Part shown: in pieces, positions 61,969-64,000 of the stretch | Layout of the letters: every line of letters starts with the position of its first letter | How positions within the stretch are numbered: position 1 is the stretch's first letter | Assembly (NCBI GenBank): GCA_051530055.1 | Contig: CM121341.1 | Location: 2,780,151-2,844,150 of the forward strand | Direction: 5' to 3' | DNA: 64,000 nt | Origin: Neoechinorhynchus agilis | Taxonomy: Eukaryota; Animalia; Acanthocephala | Position numbers and translations under genes: made by a program | The notes under the pieces: generated by a model | Database searches by the model: none | Seen by the model: only the letters and a program-made list of their open reading frames with translations | Told to the model about the DNA's origin: nothing

Positions 61969-62367
61969 ATCAAGTATAAAATTGAAAATTGTTTTAAAAA
62001 CCTTTTATTTTATTGTACGAAATGTAGTCTAAACACCTCCAATGTTTTCTTTCATTTTGCTGGTTTATTTTCCCGAATTAAGAAAAAAGGCGGGTGTATA
62101 GGTTATTTTTTTATGGCGAATAAATGTCGGTTACCACAGAAAATGAAGAATACGAGACCGGTGATTCTCTGATTGATGCAGTCGTTTCCTTATTGGTAAT
62201 CCGGTATTAATCGTAGCGCTGATTCCAAAAGTGTTTTTAGATTCGGTACAACTGTCACAAAAAACAGTCCAATAATTAACAAATTGATTTTTTTGGCGTT
62301 TATCCGTTCGCTGGAAGAAAACCAAAGTTCGTAAAGTTGGGAAAGTCTTTAGGCATTTAACTCGACA

Positions 62368-63881
62368 ATGGTTTACGGCGAAGCTTTGAAAGTACTAAGG
62401 CAGCATATCGATGAAAAGATTCCATTAAAAACTGCTATTTATTCGAGTCCTTATACAAATTACGGACGGCTATTGGCTTTGGTGTCGATGACACTGGAAA
62501 ACCAGCGGAAGATTAAGAAGATTATTCGGTCGTCCGGATTGCTAGAGCGTGAGAAGTTTTTGGATCAGCGACTTGCGATGCTTCTTGTTCATGACGCTTG
62601 TTTCGGAAAAGGAGTTGGAAAGTGTAAATTTAAAGGCCTCATAAAACGAAATCAAACATTTCTCGATGAAGCCTTTAAAAAGTTGGGATTAAAAAAGACG
62701 GAAAAGAAGCAAAAATCAGGATTGAGGTATGGAGTGCTGAACATTTTTAAAAGTAACAGAAAAATCGCTAAGCGGTTTTTAAAAAAAGAATTAAAGATGC
62801 ATCGGTGTAGAAACATCGATCGAATCACTTCGTCCGAGAATAAGAAGCAATTTTTTGTGGATCAAAATGACTGTTTTCTATTTAAAAATGAAGATTCGAA
62901 GCCTTTACTTCAGAATCCAAACTCGAATTTACATTTCTATTTTATGGACAAATCCAGTTGCATGGCTGCCGAATGTTTACTCGATTGCGAATATTTTTAT
63001 AATGCCGCAAAGGCAGGAAATTGGTCAATTTGGATTTTTTTGGGATTAAAACGAAAAAAATAATTGACGGTCACTATAAAAAAATTTATTTAAAAATACA
63101 CTTTGACGTAAAAAGATATTTTTCTCTAAGAATTCCCATTGATTTAAAGAACGAATCGTTAATTTTGGGTTGTTTAATCATGTTCTAATTTTCGTGTTTT
63201 AACCAAAAACTTTTATATGTTGGCGTCTTGCAGTCCTCAAAATATTTGAGCTGTAGATAAAAATCCAAATTTATTGACCTCAATAAATCGCTTTCAATGG
63301 TGGACACGTGCGCCGCCCCAGGGAACAAGACGTGGTATTGCTCAAGAATGGCTTATGAACATAACGTTCAATTGGAAATAACGGCAATTGAACGATCTAA
63401 ACTAAGATTTAAATCGATGCGTTCCAGATTACGATCGGCACTTGGTGAACGTTCAAAGACAGTGAGCTTTATCAACAAGGATATATGTGATTTCTGGACT
63501 GTTAATGATAACTTACATCCGGACTTTATCCTCGTAGATCCAACGTGTTCCGGCACCGGAATGTCCGAACAATATAAAGCTAGTGAACAACATCTGAAGC
63601 GCCTTGGTAAAGTGCAGTATAGAATACTCTCAAAGTCATTAGGAAGACTTTCAGAGACCGGACGACTTGTTTATTGCACTTGTTCTCAGAATAAGGAGGA
63701 AAATGAATGTGTCGTTGAACGTGCACTTCACAAATATGAAGCCAAATTTGAATTGGAACCATTATTTTTGATGTGGCCACACCGAGGCACAACTCAAAAT
63801 ACTTCGGAATGCATTTACACTAAAAGTAACTTGTTCAGAAATGTTCTATTTGTTGCATGTTTCGTTCATAAGAAAAGGTGA
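62368..63881 (+). CDS. NSUN5: rRNA m5C methyltransferase NSUN5/Rcm1; may continue past 63879 (GTGAGT donor)
   Basis: N-terminus VYGEALKVL...LKTAIYSS...LLALV...SGLLEREKFL...LLVHD..FGKG; FMDKSSC; VDTCAAPGNKT; ILVDPTCSGTG; LVYCTCS...ENE.VV. Interrupted at about 63020-63282 by an inverted-repeat-bounded segment. Confidence 0.92.
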
Positions 63882-64000
63882 GTGGTGTAAAAGAAAAACG
63901 GTTCATTGTTGGCATTTTCTAAGAGCTCTTACAAAATATGCTTAAATTTGAATATTCTATAAGTAAAGCCTTTATAAGATTCAAAACTGTACACCTTTTT

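Overview
AT-rich, gene-dense eukaryotic (metazoan, probably invertebrate) DNA with short introns; the organism cannot be identified from sequence alone. Recognisable genes: a Rac-like GTPase, mitochondrial-type asparaginyl-tRNA synthetase (NARS2), GSKIP, a very divergent tubulin, an intermediate-filament protein apparently spliced to a C2 domain, a 7TM receptor-like gene, listerin (LTN1) and NSUN5. Between them are decayed retroelements (Penelope-like, Gypsy, RTE, L2/CR1, three CRE-like RLE elements, a tRNA-derived SINE) and several tandem arrays. About 11.5-21.8 kb is a mosaic of rearranged direct and inverted copies of 23.9-27.3 kb and 39.3-47.4 kb. The main signal is a class of short introns bounded by inverted repeats (hairpins). 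In NARS2 (two sites) and NSUN5 (one site) no GT/GC-AG splice restores the conserved protein, which suggests structure-defined non-canonical introns. Several formally canonical introns carry the same kind of hairpin. Acceptor-like AG sites just upstream of most start codons and a tight same-strand gene cluster also hint at spliced-leader trans-splicing or operons. All calls come from manual reading and remembered family motifs; no database searches were run.
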